DNA of 64,000 bases. Source: Calditrichales bacterium (GTDB taxonomy: Bacteria; Calditrichota; Calditrichia; Calditrichales; J004). The DNA is taken from NCBI GenBank assembly GCA_015493745.1, contig WGCN01000056.1:51888-115887 (forward strand), written 5' to 3'. Every line of letters starts with the position of its first letter. The stretch's first letter is position 1. Below, in pieces: positions 1-10,500 of this stretch. The position numbers and the translations under genes were made by a program. A model generated the notes under the pieces. That model saw only the letters and a program-made list of their open reading frames with translations, had not been told where the DNA came from and did no database searches.

Positions 1-1
1 A

Positions 2-808
2 CCCTCTCCCGTAAAGCTGGCGGCTCTGGCCCATAAGCTGCCCGTGCTGCAACCGGAATCTTTAAAAACAGATGATTTTATCCGCACCCTGCGCGGCTTA
101 AAGGCCGATTTATTTGTGGTTGTGGCTTTTAAGATATTGCCGCGCGCCGTTTTTACCATTCCGGTCATGGGAACGTTGAATGTTCACGCTTCGCTGTTGC
201 CGGCATACCGGGGAGCCGCCCCCATAAACTGGGCCATCATCAATGGCGAACAGAAGACGGGGGTCACCACCATGCTGATAGATGCTCAGGTGGATACCGG
301 TGATATTCTTATGCAAAAGTCCGTTGAAATAAGCGATGACATGACCGCGGGGGAGTTGCATGATATTTTAGCGCCGCTTGGCGCCGGACTTCTGCTGGAA
401 ACCCTGGATCGTCTGCAAAAGGGTACGGTCACCCCGCAGGCTCAGGATGACCGGCGGGCTTCCCGGGCGCCGAAACTGACACCGGAAAATACGCGCATTC
501 TTTTTAACCAGCCCTATACAAGGGTTGGTAATTTTATTCGCGGTCTTTCCCCCTATCCGGGGGCCTATACCTTTCTTGAGGGTAAGAAACTGAAAATACT
601 GAAAGCGGTTGGGGATAAACAGGATTCTCCGCATGCCCGACCCGGAGAGATTACCGGTATCACAAAAGACAGTATCTCCGTGGCCTGTCAGCCGGGCACG
701 ATTATAATTAAAAGGTTACAACTCCAGGGTAAAAAACAGATGGATGTGCGTGATTTTCTGAACGGTTTTCCATTAAAAGAGGGTGAAGTGCTAAATGTCA
801 CAGAATAA
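2..808 (+). CDS. fmt: Methionyl-tRNA formyltransferase (5'-truncated by window edge)
   Basis: Frame is open from the window start (PSPVKLAA..LPVLQPESL). Motifs NVHASLLPAYRGAAPI, GVTTMLIDAQVDTGD and RGLSPYPGA are present. Confidence 0.96.
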   Translation, partial: PSPVKLAALAHKLPVLQPESLKTDDFIRTLRGLKADLFVVVAFKILPRAVFTIPVMGTLNVHASLLPAYRGAAPINWAIINGEQKTGVTTMLIDAQVDTGDILMQKSVEISDDMTAGELHDILAPLGAGLLLETLDRLQKGTVTPQAQDDRRASRAPKLTPENTRILFNQPYTRVGNFIRGLSPYPGAYTFLEGKKLKILKAVGDKQDSPHARPGEITGITKDSISVACQPGTIIIKRLQLQGKKQMDVRDFLNGFPLKEGEVLNVTE

Positions 809-928
809 TACGTTAGATTTGACATATTTTATACTTAATTTTTCGCAATATCATATCAAATCTTAAGTCTTTTATCTATAAAGTCGATGCAGTAACATAT
901 TTCTATTTCATCAGGGGAGCTGTCCGTT

Positions 929-1912
929 TTGGCCAAAATATTAATTATTGATGATTATGCGGAGTCTATCGCTCTTATTAAGTCATTCTTTCTCACAGAA
1001 TCGCATAACTTTATCAGTGCCTCTTCCGGCGAAGAAGGTATCAAATTAGTATTTGAAGAGCATCCGGATCTGATTTTGCTGGATGTGCAGATGCCGGGGA
1101 TCGACGGCTTTGAGGTATGCAAGCAACTGAAGCAAAATGAGGAGGCCAGGAATATACCGATTATCCTGATCACCGGCCTCGATGATAACCGGGCGCGGGC
1201 CTTCAGTTATGAACTCAACGTGGAATTTTTAACCAAACCCTTTAATATTTATGAACTCAAGATGCGTGTACGCACCATTCTTGAACTGCAAAGTTATAAA
1301 AAACAGCTGCGCAGCGCGGAAGACCTGATCTTTAAGATGGCCATGATTGCCGAGGTAAAGGATGCCTATGCCCAGGGCTCCTCACTAAAGCTGGCCTCCC
1401 ACGCCCATTTTTTTGCCAGTGAACTGGGGCTTGACGCCCAGGATACGCTGGATGTGGCCCGTGGCGGTTTGCTGCATGCCATCGGGAAAATAGAAATCGA
1501 CGAAAAAATCCTTTCCAAGCCGGGTCCGTTAACACCGGATGAGTTTGAGAAGATACGTGCTTACCCCATTGCCGGTGAACGCATTGTAGAACCGATATCA
1601 ACCTTAAAAGGTACCCTGCCCATCGTTCGCAGTCATAAAGAGATGTACGACGGTACCGGATATCCCGATCAGCTTGTGGGGGAGGATATTCCTTTTCTGG
1701 CGCGGATCATATCCCTGTCCGGCAGTTTTAACGCCCTGACCACCGACCGGCCCTACCGCAAGGCCTTGAGTAAAGACCATGCCATAGAAGTTATGGAGCG
1801 TGAGGCTGTTAACGGTAAATTTGATCCGGATATATTTCAGGAGTTTAAGAAAATCCACCGTAACGTGGATATAGACCAAATTCCCGACCTTTCGCTGGAT
1901 GCTTTTCACTGA
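929..1912 (+). CDS. Response regulator receiver fused to a degenerate HD-GYP domain
   Basis: Intact REC motifs (IIDD, LLDVQMP, ITG, TKPF). C-terminal HD-GYP fold with DGTGYP and RPYRK, but the HD motif reads LLHAIGK. Confidence 0.9.
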   Translation: MAKILIIDDYAESIALIKSFFLTESHNFISASSGEEGIKLVFEEHPDLILLDVQMPGIDGFEVCKQLKQNEEARNIPIILITGLDDNRARAFSYELNVEFLTKPFNIYELKMRVRTILELQSYKKQLRSAEDLIFKMAMIAEVKDAYAQGSSLKLASHAHFFASELGLDAQDTLDVARGGLLHAIGKIEIDEKILSKPGPLTPDEFEKIRAYPIAGERIVEPISTLKGTLPIVRSHKEMYDGTGYPDQLVGEDIPFLARIISLSGSFNALTTDRPYRKALSKDHAIEVMEREAVNGKFDPDIFQEFKKIHRNVDIDQIPDLSLDAFH

Positions 1913-1945
1913 TTTTTTTATTTAACCTTTCCTGCGTTGTAGTAC

Positions 1946-1974
1946 TTGTCTTTACCCTGTTTTTGAGCTAACTT
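1946..1974 (+). promoter_or_regulatory. Putative sigma70 promoter for rny
   Basis: TTGTCT-17nt-TAACTT in the intergenic region upstream of rny. Confidence 0.5.
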
Positions 1975-2049
1975 TCTTTTTTTTATGAATTTGCCCGGTG
2001 CCTTCATCGTTCGATGGTACCCGCCGGCGAGTAAAAATACGGAGATTAC

Positions 2050-3660
2050 ATGTTTGAAAATTTAAATCAAAATCCACTTATTTATGTATCGGCCGGACTG
2101 GTGGCCGGTGTGCTTATCGGTTTGCTTATCTATCATCTCAACGCTCTTCGAACAAGGAATTCCACAAAGTCTATCCTGGAAAAGGCTGAAAGGGAAGCGG
2201 AGAAAATAAAAAAAGAGCGCCTCTATAATTTTAAGATGGATTTGCAAAAGAAAAGGGCACAATTCCAAAATGAATTACGGGAAAAAGATATTAAGTTCCG
2301 TCGTCAGGAGTCGGAGCTGTTACAGAAAGAAAAGCAGATAAAACGGGCCGAGAATCAACTCAAAGTAATCGAATCCCGGTTAGAGAATAAAGAGAAGAAG
2401 CTGGAAGAACAGGAAGAGATGCTTTATGAAAAGCATAAAAAAGTGGACGCCATCATTGAGCAGCAAAATCTGAAGCTTGAGCGTCTGGCCCATTTCTCCC
2501 AGGAGGAAGCCCGCGCGGAGCTTATGAGGAATCTGGAACAAAAGGTCAAGCTTGAGGCGGCTCAAATGGCCAATGACATCCGTGCGGAAGCGCGGGAGAA
2601 GGCGCAAAAAGAGGCCAAGGAGGTTATTGCCACCGCCATCGAGAACCTGGCTTACGATTTTACGCTGGAATCGACCCTGTCCAATGTGGAACTGCCCAAT
2701 GAACGCTTTAAGGGAATGATCATAGGGCGCGAGGGTAAAAATATCCGGGCCTTTGAAGAGGCCACCGGTGTTAAGGTAATCGTGGATGATACTCCGGAAC
2801 TAGTCGTACTGTCCGGTTTCGATCCGGTGGCCCGCGAAGTGGCCCGCCTGGCCATGGAAAGCCTGATCAAAAATCGCAATATCAATATAAACACCATCCA
2901 GCAGGCGGTGAAGAAGGCCAAGGCCGAAGTCAATAAATCGATTCAGAAGGCGGCGGATGAAACGCTGCGTGAATTGCGTTTAAACAATGTGCATCCGTTG
3001 ATGCGCGAAAATCTGGGGCGTCTGCGCTACCGTTACAGCTACGGACAAAATCAGTTACAGCATTCCAAGGAGGTGGCGTTTCTGGCCGGGGCCCTGGCCG
3101 CGGAACTGGGCTTTAATGTAAAACTGGCCCGTCGTGCCGGCTTGTTCCATGATATCGGTAAATCCATCAGTAGCCATTCCGAAGGAAGCCATGTGACTCT
3201 GGGTGTGGAACTGGCGGAAAAATGCAAGGAACATGAAGTGGTGATCAACTCTATTTTGGCCCACCATGAAGAGGCCGAACCCATCAGTCCGATTTCGGTG
3301 CTGGTGACTGCCGCCGATAAAATCAGCGGCAGCAGACCCGGGGCCCGCAGGGATTCCCTGGAAGCCTATACGAAACGGATAACACAACTGGAGGAAATAG
3401 GCAACTCCTTTGACGGGGTGAATAAAACATATGCCATTTCCGCGGGGCGTGAAGTGCGTGTCATCGTGGAGCCGGCCAAGATAACCGATGAACAATGTAT
3501 CGTCTTATCGTCGGATATTGCCGCAAAAATTAAGGAAACAATGGAATATCCCGGACAAATTAAGGTTACAGTAATAAGGAAGTCGATTACTTCCCGTTCT
3601 ACTGATGACCATAAGAAAAAGGATGAAAACAAGAAACAATATAAAGGAAATCGCACATGA
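2050..3660 (+). CDS. rny: Ribonuclease Y
   Basis: N-terminal TM helix and coiled coil, KH domain (KGMIIGREGKNIRAFE), HD domain (GLFHDIGK), C-terminal YAISAGREVRVIV. Confidence 0.97.
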   Translation: MFENLNQNPLIYVSAGLVAGVLIGLLIYHLNALRTRNSTKSILEKAEREAEKIKKERLYNFKMDLQKKRAQFQNELREKDIKFRRQESELLQKEKQIKRAENQLKVIESRLENKEKKLEEQEEMLYEKHKKVDAIIEQQNLKLERLAHFSQEEARAELMRNLEQKVKLEAAQMANDIRAEAREKAQKEAKEVIATAIENLAYDFTLESTLSNVELPNERFKGMIIGREGKNIRAFEEATGVKVIVDDTPELVVLSGFDPVAREVARLAMESLIKNRNININTIQQAVKKAKAEVNKSIQKAADETLRELRLNNVHPLMRENLGRLRYRYSYGQNQLQHSKEVAFLAGALAAELGFNVKLARRAGLFHDIGKSISSHSEGSHVTLGVELAEKCKEHEVVINSILAHHEEAEPISPISVLVTAADKISGSRPGARRDSLEAYTKRITQLEEIGNSFDGVNKTYAISAGREVRVIVEPAKITDEQCIVLSSDIAAKIKETMEYPGQIKVTVIRKSITSRSTDDHKKKDENKKQYKGNRT

Positions 3661-3980
3661 TCGAAGTAACACAAAAGGCCGTTTCCAAAATCCGTGAAAT
3701 TATGCGCGAGGAAAATAAAGCGGAAAGCTTTATCCGCATCGGGATAAAAGGCGGTGGCTGTTCCGGTTTTACTTATGTTTTGGATATAGATGACCAGAAA
3801 ACGGAAGGCGACCAGCTTTATGAGTATGGTGATGTTAAGGTGATCATTGACTCCAAAAGCGTGGTATACCTGGCCGGAACGCAGTTGGATTATACCGACG
3901 GTTTGAATGGCAGCGGTTTTGTATTCAACAATCCGAACGCGGCAAAAACCTGTGGCTGTGGCAACTCTTTCGCGGTGTAG
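3657..3980 (+). CDS. iscA: A-type Fe-S carrier (IscA/ErpA/HesB family)
   Basis: GGGCSGFTY and C-terminal CGCGNSF motifs. Confidence 0.93.
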   Translation: MIEVTQKAVSKIREIMREENKAESFIRIGIKGGGCSGFTYVLDIDDQKTEGDQLYEYGDVKVIIDSKSVVYLAGTQLDYTDGLNGSGFVFNNPNAAKTCGCGNSFAV

Positions 3981-3988
3981 GGTCGTAG

Positions 3989-4486
3989 ATGTATAAAATC
4001 CGCTATATAGGCGATCCGGTATTACGAAGGGCAACAAAGGCCATAGACACCTTTGACAAATCCCTGGAAACAACCATCCATAATATGATCGTGACCATGC
4101 ATCGTGAAGAGGGCATCGGCCTGGCTGCGCCGCAGGTGGGCTACTCTCTTAAGCTATGCGTGGTGGATATCTCCTCCATCGAGGAAGAAGAAGAACCCCG
4201 GGCGTTTATCAACCCGGAAATCATCGACTCCTGGGGGGAGGATATCCTGGAAGAAGGGTGTCTGTCCATTCCCGATGTGCGCGATGATGTAAGCCGCCCC
4301 GAGGGTATCCGGCTCAAATATTTTGATGAGAATGGCCAGCCCCGCGAGGAATCCTTTGACGGCTGGATGGCACGTGTGCTGCAACATGAAATTGATCATC
4401 TTAACGGAGTGTTGTTTGTCGATTACCTGCCGCCTTTTAAGCGCCGCATATGGCAACAAAAAGGATTATTGCCCGAGAAATTTTAA
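3989..4486 (+). CDS. def: Peptide deformylase
   Basis: GIGLAAPQVG, EGCLSIP and QHEIDHLNG motifs. Confidence 0.97.
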   Translation: MYKIRYIGDPVLRRATKAIDTFDKSLETTIHNMIVTMHREEGIGLAAPQVGYSLKLCVVDISSIEEEEEPRAFINPEIIDSWGEDILEEGCLSIPDVRDDVSRPEGIRLKYFDENGQPREESFDGWMARVLQHEIDHLNGVLFVDYLPPFKRRIWQQKGLLPEKF

Positions 4487-4561
4487 CCCGGCCCGCTCCG
4501 GCATTCGCTCCGCGGTTTACCGATACTGACAATCGTTTTACATTTTTACGAGGTTAATACG

Positions 4562-6562
4562 ATGCTTACATCTTTGGAAAAAATGATTTTCGCCGTTGCT
4601 CTCGTCCTGTCCTTATATTTTGCCGCTCAAAAGTTCATGCTTATGTTCCGGGCCATAAGCCGCGGCCAGGATAAGCTCTACTTCAACCCTCTGCTTAAAA
4701 GAGTTCTTTCGGCCGTTTCGGTGTTGTTTACCCAGAAAACGGTACTTAAGAAGAGACCGTTGTTAAGTTTTTTTCACGCTCTGATCGCCTGGGCCTTTAT
4801 CTTCTATTTCCTGGTTAACCTGGGAGATATTCTGACCGGATATATTAATGAATTTCATTTTTTAGGCACGGGGCCATTGGGTAATTATTACCGGCTTTTT
4901 ACGGATATCTTCAGCGTGGCCGCTTTGCTGGGCATGCTTGTTTTTCTTATCCGGCGCTTTATCATAAAGCCCAAAGAACTGAATATTCGCGATAATGTTC
5001 TGTTACTGGAGGGCAGCGCGGCCAAAATAAAGCAGGACTCCCTTATCGTGGGCTTGTTTATCCTGGCGCATATCGGTTTTCGCTTCCTGGGTGAAAGTTT
5101 TGTACTGGCCGCGTCTGGCGGTGACGCCTGGCAGCCTTTTGCCTCCGGCGTGGCACAGCTTTGGAACGGAATGTCCCCGGATGCCGTCACCCTGGCCATC
5201 CATGTCTGTTGGTGGCTGGCACTGGGCCTCATACTGGCCTTTTTACCCTACTTTCCATCAAGCAAGCACGCCCATCTTTTTATGGGGCCGCTTAATTTTA
5301 TGACACGACCGGAACGTCCCGCCCCCGGTGCCATGGAGCGGCTCGATTTTGAAGCGGAAGATGCCGAACAGTTTGGCGTGGCCCGCATGGAGCATCTGGA
5401 TAAAACGCAAATTCTGGATGCTTTTGCCTGCATCATGTGTAACCGCTGTCAGGATGTTTGTCCGGCCTATCAAACCGGTAAGGAACTCAGCCCTTCCGCT
5501 TTGGAAATCAATAAACGTGTTTTTCTGAACAACCATCTCAAGGCCTTTGCCGCGGGGGAGGAAACCGACAGCGTAATGGGCGGGCATTTTCTCAGTGACT
5601 CGGCCTTGTGGGCCTGTACCAGTTGTGCTGCCTGCGTGGAAGTATGTCCGGTCGGCAATGAACCGATGATGGATATTCTGAATATGCGCCGTGACAAGGT
5701 TTTAATGGAATCCGATTTCCCCAAGGAACTGCAAGGCGCCTACAACGGTATGGAGCGTAACCAGAACCCCTGGAACATGAATGAGGATCGCATGAAATGG
5801 GCCCGGGAGGAACCGGGGCTGGATGTAAAAACCGTTGATGAAAATCCCGATTTTGATGTATTGTACTGGGTGGGCTGTGCCGGGGCTTTTGAAACAAAGG
5901 GCCAGAGAATAGCCCGTTCCTTTTCAAAAATACTAAATACCGCCGGCGTCAATTTTGCCGTTTTGGGCAATAAAGAGAGCTGCACGGGTGATAGCGCCCG
6001 CCGCTCCGGGAATGAATACCTTTTCAGCATGATGGCCGAACAAAATGTCGAATTGTTGAATTCGGTCAAACCTAAAAAAATTGTCACCACCTGTCCCCAT
6101 TGCCTGCATACAATAAAAAACGAGTATAAACAGTTCGGCGGCAATTTTGAAGTGGTGCATCATACCCGCTTTATCGAAGAACTGATGGATCAGGGAAAAT
6201 TGAATCCTAAAAAGGATGAACAAAAAGTGACCTTCCATGATCCCTGTTATTTGGGACGCCACAACGGGGAATATACGGCCCCGCGGAACAACCTGAGTAA
6301 AGTCGGTCAACTGATAGAAATGCCGCGGAATGCGGAGAACAGTTTCTGCTGCGGCGCCGGCGGCGGACAGATGTGGAAAGAAGAGGAAAAGGGTACCGAA
6401 GCCATACGCCGGGAACGCTTTAAGGAAGCCCGTCAAACGGAAGCGGAAATCATTGCCACCGCCTGTCCCTTTTGCATGACGATGATGACCGATGCCGGTA
6501 ACGAACTGGAGGCTACGCAACAGGTTATGGATGTCGCCGAGATCATAGCCGCTAAGTTGTAG
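4562..6562 (+). CDS. Membrane-bound Fe-S oxidoreductase (FadF/HdrD/GlpC-like)
   Basis: Multi-TM N-terminus, two CxxCxxCxxxCP ferredoxin motifs, and two CCG-type domains (WVGC..TCPHC; HDPCYLGR..CCGAGGG..ACPFC). Confidence 0.9.
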   Translation: MLTSLEKMIFAVALVLSLYFAAQKFMLMFRAISRGQDKLYFNPLLKRVLSAVSVLFTQKTVLKKRPLLSFFHALIAWAFIFYFLVNLGDILTGYINEFHFLGTGPLGNYYRLFTDIFSVAALLGMLVFLIRRFIIKPKELNIRDNVLLLEGSAAKIKQDSLIVGLFILAHIGFRFLGESFVLAASGGDAWQPFASGVAQLWNGMSPDAVTLAIHVCWWLALGLILAFLPYFPSSKHAHLFMGPLNFMTRPERPAPGAMERLDFEAEDAEQFGVARMEHLDKTQILDAFACIMCNRCQDVCPAYQTGKELSPSALEINKRVFLNNHLKAFAAGEETDSVMGGHFLSDSALWACTSCAACVEVCPVGNEPMMDILNMRRDKVLMESDFPKELQGAYNGMERNQNPWNMNEDRMKWAREEPGLDVKTVDENPDFDVLYWVGCAGAFETKGQRIARSFSKILNTAGVNFAVLGNKESCTGDSARRSGNEYLFSMMAEQNVELLNSVKPKKIVTTCPHCLHTIKNEYKQFGGNFEVVHHTRFIEELMDQGKLNPKKDEQKVTFHDPCYLGRHNGEYTAPRNNLSKVGQLIEMPRNAENSFCCGAGGGQMWKEEEKGTEAIRRERFKEARQTEAEIIATACPFCMTMMTDAGNELEATQQVMDVAEIIAAKL

Positions 6563-6586
6563 CGATGATTTTCACATGGGCTTAGA

Positions 6587-6937
6587 GTGATGAAACTGTT
6601 TTTGACAATTATGGGCTTGCTTAATGGGGCGTATATGTTCATTGACGGGCTTTTTGTCGTGGTCAATGGAAAATATATCGGGCCGGAAAAGCCCGGGCCC
6701 TGGGCCTTTCTTTTTAACCGTTTGAATGTAAACGTTTTTAAATTGGGCCCCATGTTTATTGTCTATGGAATTCTGTGGTTCGCATATATTTATGGCTTGC
6801 AAACCTCCCAGGCCTGGGCCTATATGTTTGGAATGATTTTATTTACGGCTACACTTTGGTATTTACCCTTCGGAACTCTTATTTCTCTGGTAAGCATCGT
6901 TTTATTGCTTCTCCATAAAAGAAAATTGGGGCTATGA
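6587..6937 (+). CDS. Small hypothetical integral membrane protein
   Basis: 116 aa with about four hydrophobic segments and GPWA and LWYLPFGT motifs; stop overlaps the next gene's start. Confidence 0.75.
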   Translation: MMKLFLTIMGLLNGAYMFIDGLFVVVNGKYIGPEKPGPWAFLFNRLNVNVFKLGPMFIVYGILWFAYIYGLQTSQAWAYMFGMILFTATLWYLPFGTLISLVSIVLLLLHKRKLGL

Positions 6938-7260
6938 AAGTATTCGTAATTGATTTTTCTAAAGAGAGCTCTCTGCTCGGGATATGTTCCCAAAACGGCA
7001 ATGTTGTCGAGTCTGAGCAAATGGACGGAGCGTTGGCTTACAGGAAAAGTGCTGAGTTCATGCCCGATATAATTGTGGTAAACTATGCCGCAAAGCCCTC
7101 TCATGGTCGGCTAACCGCAAAAAAAATAAAAGAAAGAAAAAGAACCTCCGCCATACCCGTCTATTTTGTTGATGGTGATGAGAAAGAGAAGCTCAAGATT
7201 ACGGCTATTGGGAAAGCCATAAGCAGTCAGGATTTCAGCAAAATGATAACCAACTCTTAA
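6934..7260 (+). CDS. Receiver-like single-domain protein, apparently lacking the phosphoacceptor Asp
   Basis: CheY-like pattern (KVFVID, PDIIVVN, AIPVYFV); start overlaps the upstream stop (ATGA). Confidence 0.6.
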   Translation: MKVFVIDFSKESSLLGICSQNGNVVESEQMDGALAYRKSAEFMPDIIVVNYAAKPSHGRLTAKKIKERKRTSAIPVYFVDGDEKEKLKITAIGKAISSQDFSKMITNS

Positions 7261-7546
7261 AATGGCCCTATCTTACCTTTAGCTTCCTCATGATCCTGTT
7301 TTCCGACTCATCCGAAAATATATTTTTGTCAGCCGGAAAGGGAAGGAGTTCACTTTGGGCTGGTTTCCGGGTAAGGAGGTATTTATAAAATTTTAATTTT
7401 CGGTATTTCTGGATATAAGCTCCTGTTTTCCTTAACTTTTTAAGCTTGACCACGGAACCGTGTAGAATCACCTCCGTAACATACAGGCAGCGGTGCAAAA
7501 CCGTTTGTTATTTAGTGTACATTAGTTTTTACAGATTCGATACTGC

Positions 7547-10500
7547 ATGAAACGCATATTTATCATCATTGCCATTACCATTACCTTTTTAGGGATATTG
7601 ATTTCGGCAAGCCCTTTTATTCTTCAGTTAACGGGGCTTGACGAACCCTTGAAAAAACGATTGCTGGAAAAGGTATTCCCCGATGAGGAAAATGCCGTTC
7701 TCGAGTTGGATGACTTTACCATCGGTATCAATGGTATTTCGATTGATCAGATCAGCTATATTTCCGAAGATGGTTCGTTGGAACTTTTAATAGACGCCAT
7801 TGAGATCAATCTGGATGTGATCAATCTTTTTCGCCATAAAGCCGGTCTGAACAATCTTATTTCCCGTATTCATATCGACAAGCCCCGGTTGATTCTTCAC
7901 TACCGCCATCAGGAAGAGGAAGGGGCAAAGCCCATTTCGGCCGGTACGCGGATTCCGGCCGAAAAAATTGAATATCTCTTAAAGCAAACTCCCGATATTC
8001 TGGTTCATTCCGGAAAGGTCATCCTCGCCGGCAGTGACGGCAGTTATTTTTCCATTGCCCAGAACCTGGATGGCGCCCTGACCGTGGAGGATAGTCTGAT
8101 TACCCTTAGCGGGGGGGTGTTGTCCTCGCAGGAAAAAAACTTTAACATGCGCGCCCATTATAACTTGCGGGATGCCAACTTCCGGGCCGAGGTGGAAATT
8201 AAGGATTATGTGGTAAATAATAATATTGCCGCCAGGTTTTCCCGTGAGTTTACCGATGCCTTTAACTTGCATAATGGCCGCATAGCCGGCAAATTGAAAG
8301 CCCGGGGCCAGTTTGCCTCACTGGACTCGCTGGTTCTTAACGGACAGTTGCATCTGGAAGATATTTCCGGCGACCTTTCGGGTACGGCATTTGACAGTCT
8401 TAGCTGTTTGGTAAATGTCCGCAATAACAGTCTGGCCATAGACGAAGGACGTTTGAGTTTTCAGAACACACCCGTTTCTTTTTCCGCGGGAATTAAGAAT
8501 ATCTTTCATCCCGTTATTGCCGGGCGTATATACAATGAGGCTATCCGGATACGAAACATTCCCGCCTTTTCCACTTTGCCATGGGACAGCGGATACGTAT
8601 CCCTAAGGGCCCAATACCGGTTTGACCGCGAGCTTACCGTAAAGGGGCTTGTTTTGGCGCCGGATTTTTTGTTTGCCGGCAGCCGCTTCTCAAATTTAAA
8701 GATAAATTGGGATTATGCCGGAAAACAACTGCGTCTGGAAGACCTTCGTTTGAACAGTATCTTTGGTGCTTTCTCGGGAAGAGGGCGCTATGACCTGCCG
8801 ACACAAGCCCTGTCGATGGAGCTGGACGCAAAAAATTATTCACAGCAGCATCTGGTGTTTGACAAACTGTCCAATGCCGGGCATGATATGGGGCTGCGGC
8901 TGAATGTTAATTTTAAAAACGGTTATGTCAATGGGCGATGGCACTATGCCCTGGTAAGAACCGATACCTTATGGAGCACATTTGGCGCCATTAAGGGTAA
9001 CGGTAAAAATCTGAAAATCTCCACCCGCTACAGCTCCGACAAGGATTTTAAATTCGATGCCCTGGTCAGTGACTACCTGAGCGACCCCAAAATCAGTTAT
9101 ATGGATATTTCCGATTTTCCTTTTCATCGCATGACCAGCGATCCGCTGGTGCATTCCCTGCGGAAAAAAATACGTACCACCGCCCATCTTTCCGGTACCA
9201 TTAATGACCTGCGCGGTGCCTTGCTGTTCCGCAAGAAGAACCGGCCGGATACCCTGTTCAGCGCCACCACGCATATCCTGAACCTGACCGGGGAAAAACA
9301 CTCCCTCAAGGGAGAGATAAGCGTGGGCCAGTTGATCGGCGAGTATAGCGTGGATATCTCCAGGAGTTTTCTCGGCAGCTATTTTAATTTTGAAAATACA
9401 CTCAAGGGTGATTTTTTTATCGATTTAAACCAACCGTCCACCTTGTCGGGCAATATAAAACTGAACCATTTTAAGCTTTATAAACTGGCCGGACTAAAAC
9501 CGGGGGATGATTATAAAACCCAGGCCTATCTTGATGGCAAGGTCAATATTAGCGGTAGCCTGAAGGAGCCGCGCCTGGACGGTTATATCAGCGGTGACCG
9601 GTTTGTTTTTAATGATCAGGGCTACTTTAAGCCGGAACTTAAAATCCGTGTAAATCGTACCCGGCTGGCCGTGGATACCCTGAATATCTTTCAGAACAAC
9701 CGCCCCATTTTAACCGGCAGGGCCACCTGGCATTTCCTTAATGATCAGATATTCGGATATGCCGGCGGGGACAATATAGACCTGGCGACGATATTCAAGG
9801 CCATGGGCCTTTCCGGAGAGGTCTTAACGGGAGACGCCGCCTATAACTTTTCCTTAAAGGGGACAAGCCGCCGGCCCTTTATGCAGGCCGGGATCAATGT
9901 CAACAACGGTATGTTAAATAATATCGCTTTTGACCGTCTGACGCTTAAGGTGGATGACCGGCTGGACTCCACGGGAACCTTTTTAAATCCCGATGCCCAT
10001 ATCCTGGAGATAGAAGATTTTAGCCTGGTAAAGAGCGGTCGCTACCATCTTTATGGCGTGGGCACGCTGCCGCTAAGTGCAAACAGGGAGATGGATATCG
10101 CCCTGAAGTTCGACGGGGATATTTTTCATTATCTCAACCATTGGGTACCTTTTTTTCGAGACGGCGCCTCCTTTTCGGATATCAATGCCAAGCTGCGCGG
10201 CCGGCGCAATGATCTGAAACTGGTAGCGGCAGACATTACCATAGATCGCGGGGAGCTTTGGCTGGCCGATGTTGCCCGTCATGTGCAGGATATTTCCACG
10301 CATATCGTGCTTGAAGAAGGCAGCGGCAAGGTGGATATAAAGCACTTTACCGCCTTTGTGGATAATGAATATCTTAAAATCCACACGGTGCGCGATCTTC
10401 CGGTGGTGGATGGCCGCAAGCTGAAACACTGGAATTTTAAAGGCCTTGGACTGGATTTTGGCATTCTGGCCATGGAAACATCCGGTGAGGGGGTCAATAT

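Noticed and set aside
839-870. TTGACA upstream of the HD-GYP gene as a promoter
   Set aside because: No acceptable -10 hexamer at 16-18 nt spacing.
2-4486. Separation of fmt and def by three genes as a rearrangement signal
   Set aside because: def-fmt adjacency is not universal, and no repeats or mobile-element scars are visible.
7268-7498. 76-aa minus-strand ORF, and two strong SD-like sequences (TAAGGAGGT on +, GGAGGTGAT on -) in the gap before tamB
   Set aside because: No recognisable motif, no SD at a proper distance from any start codon, and opposite orientation to all neighbours; cannot be supported as a gene.
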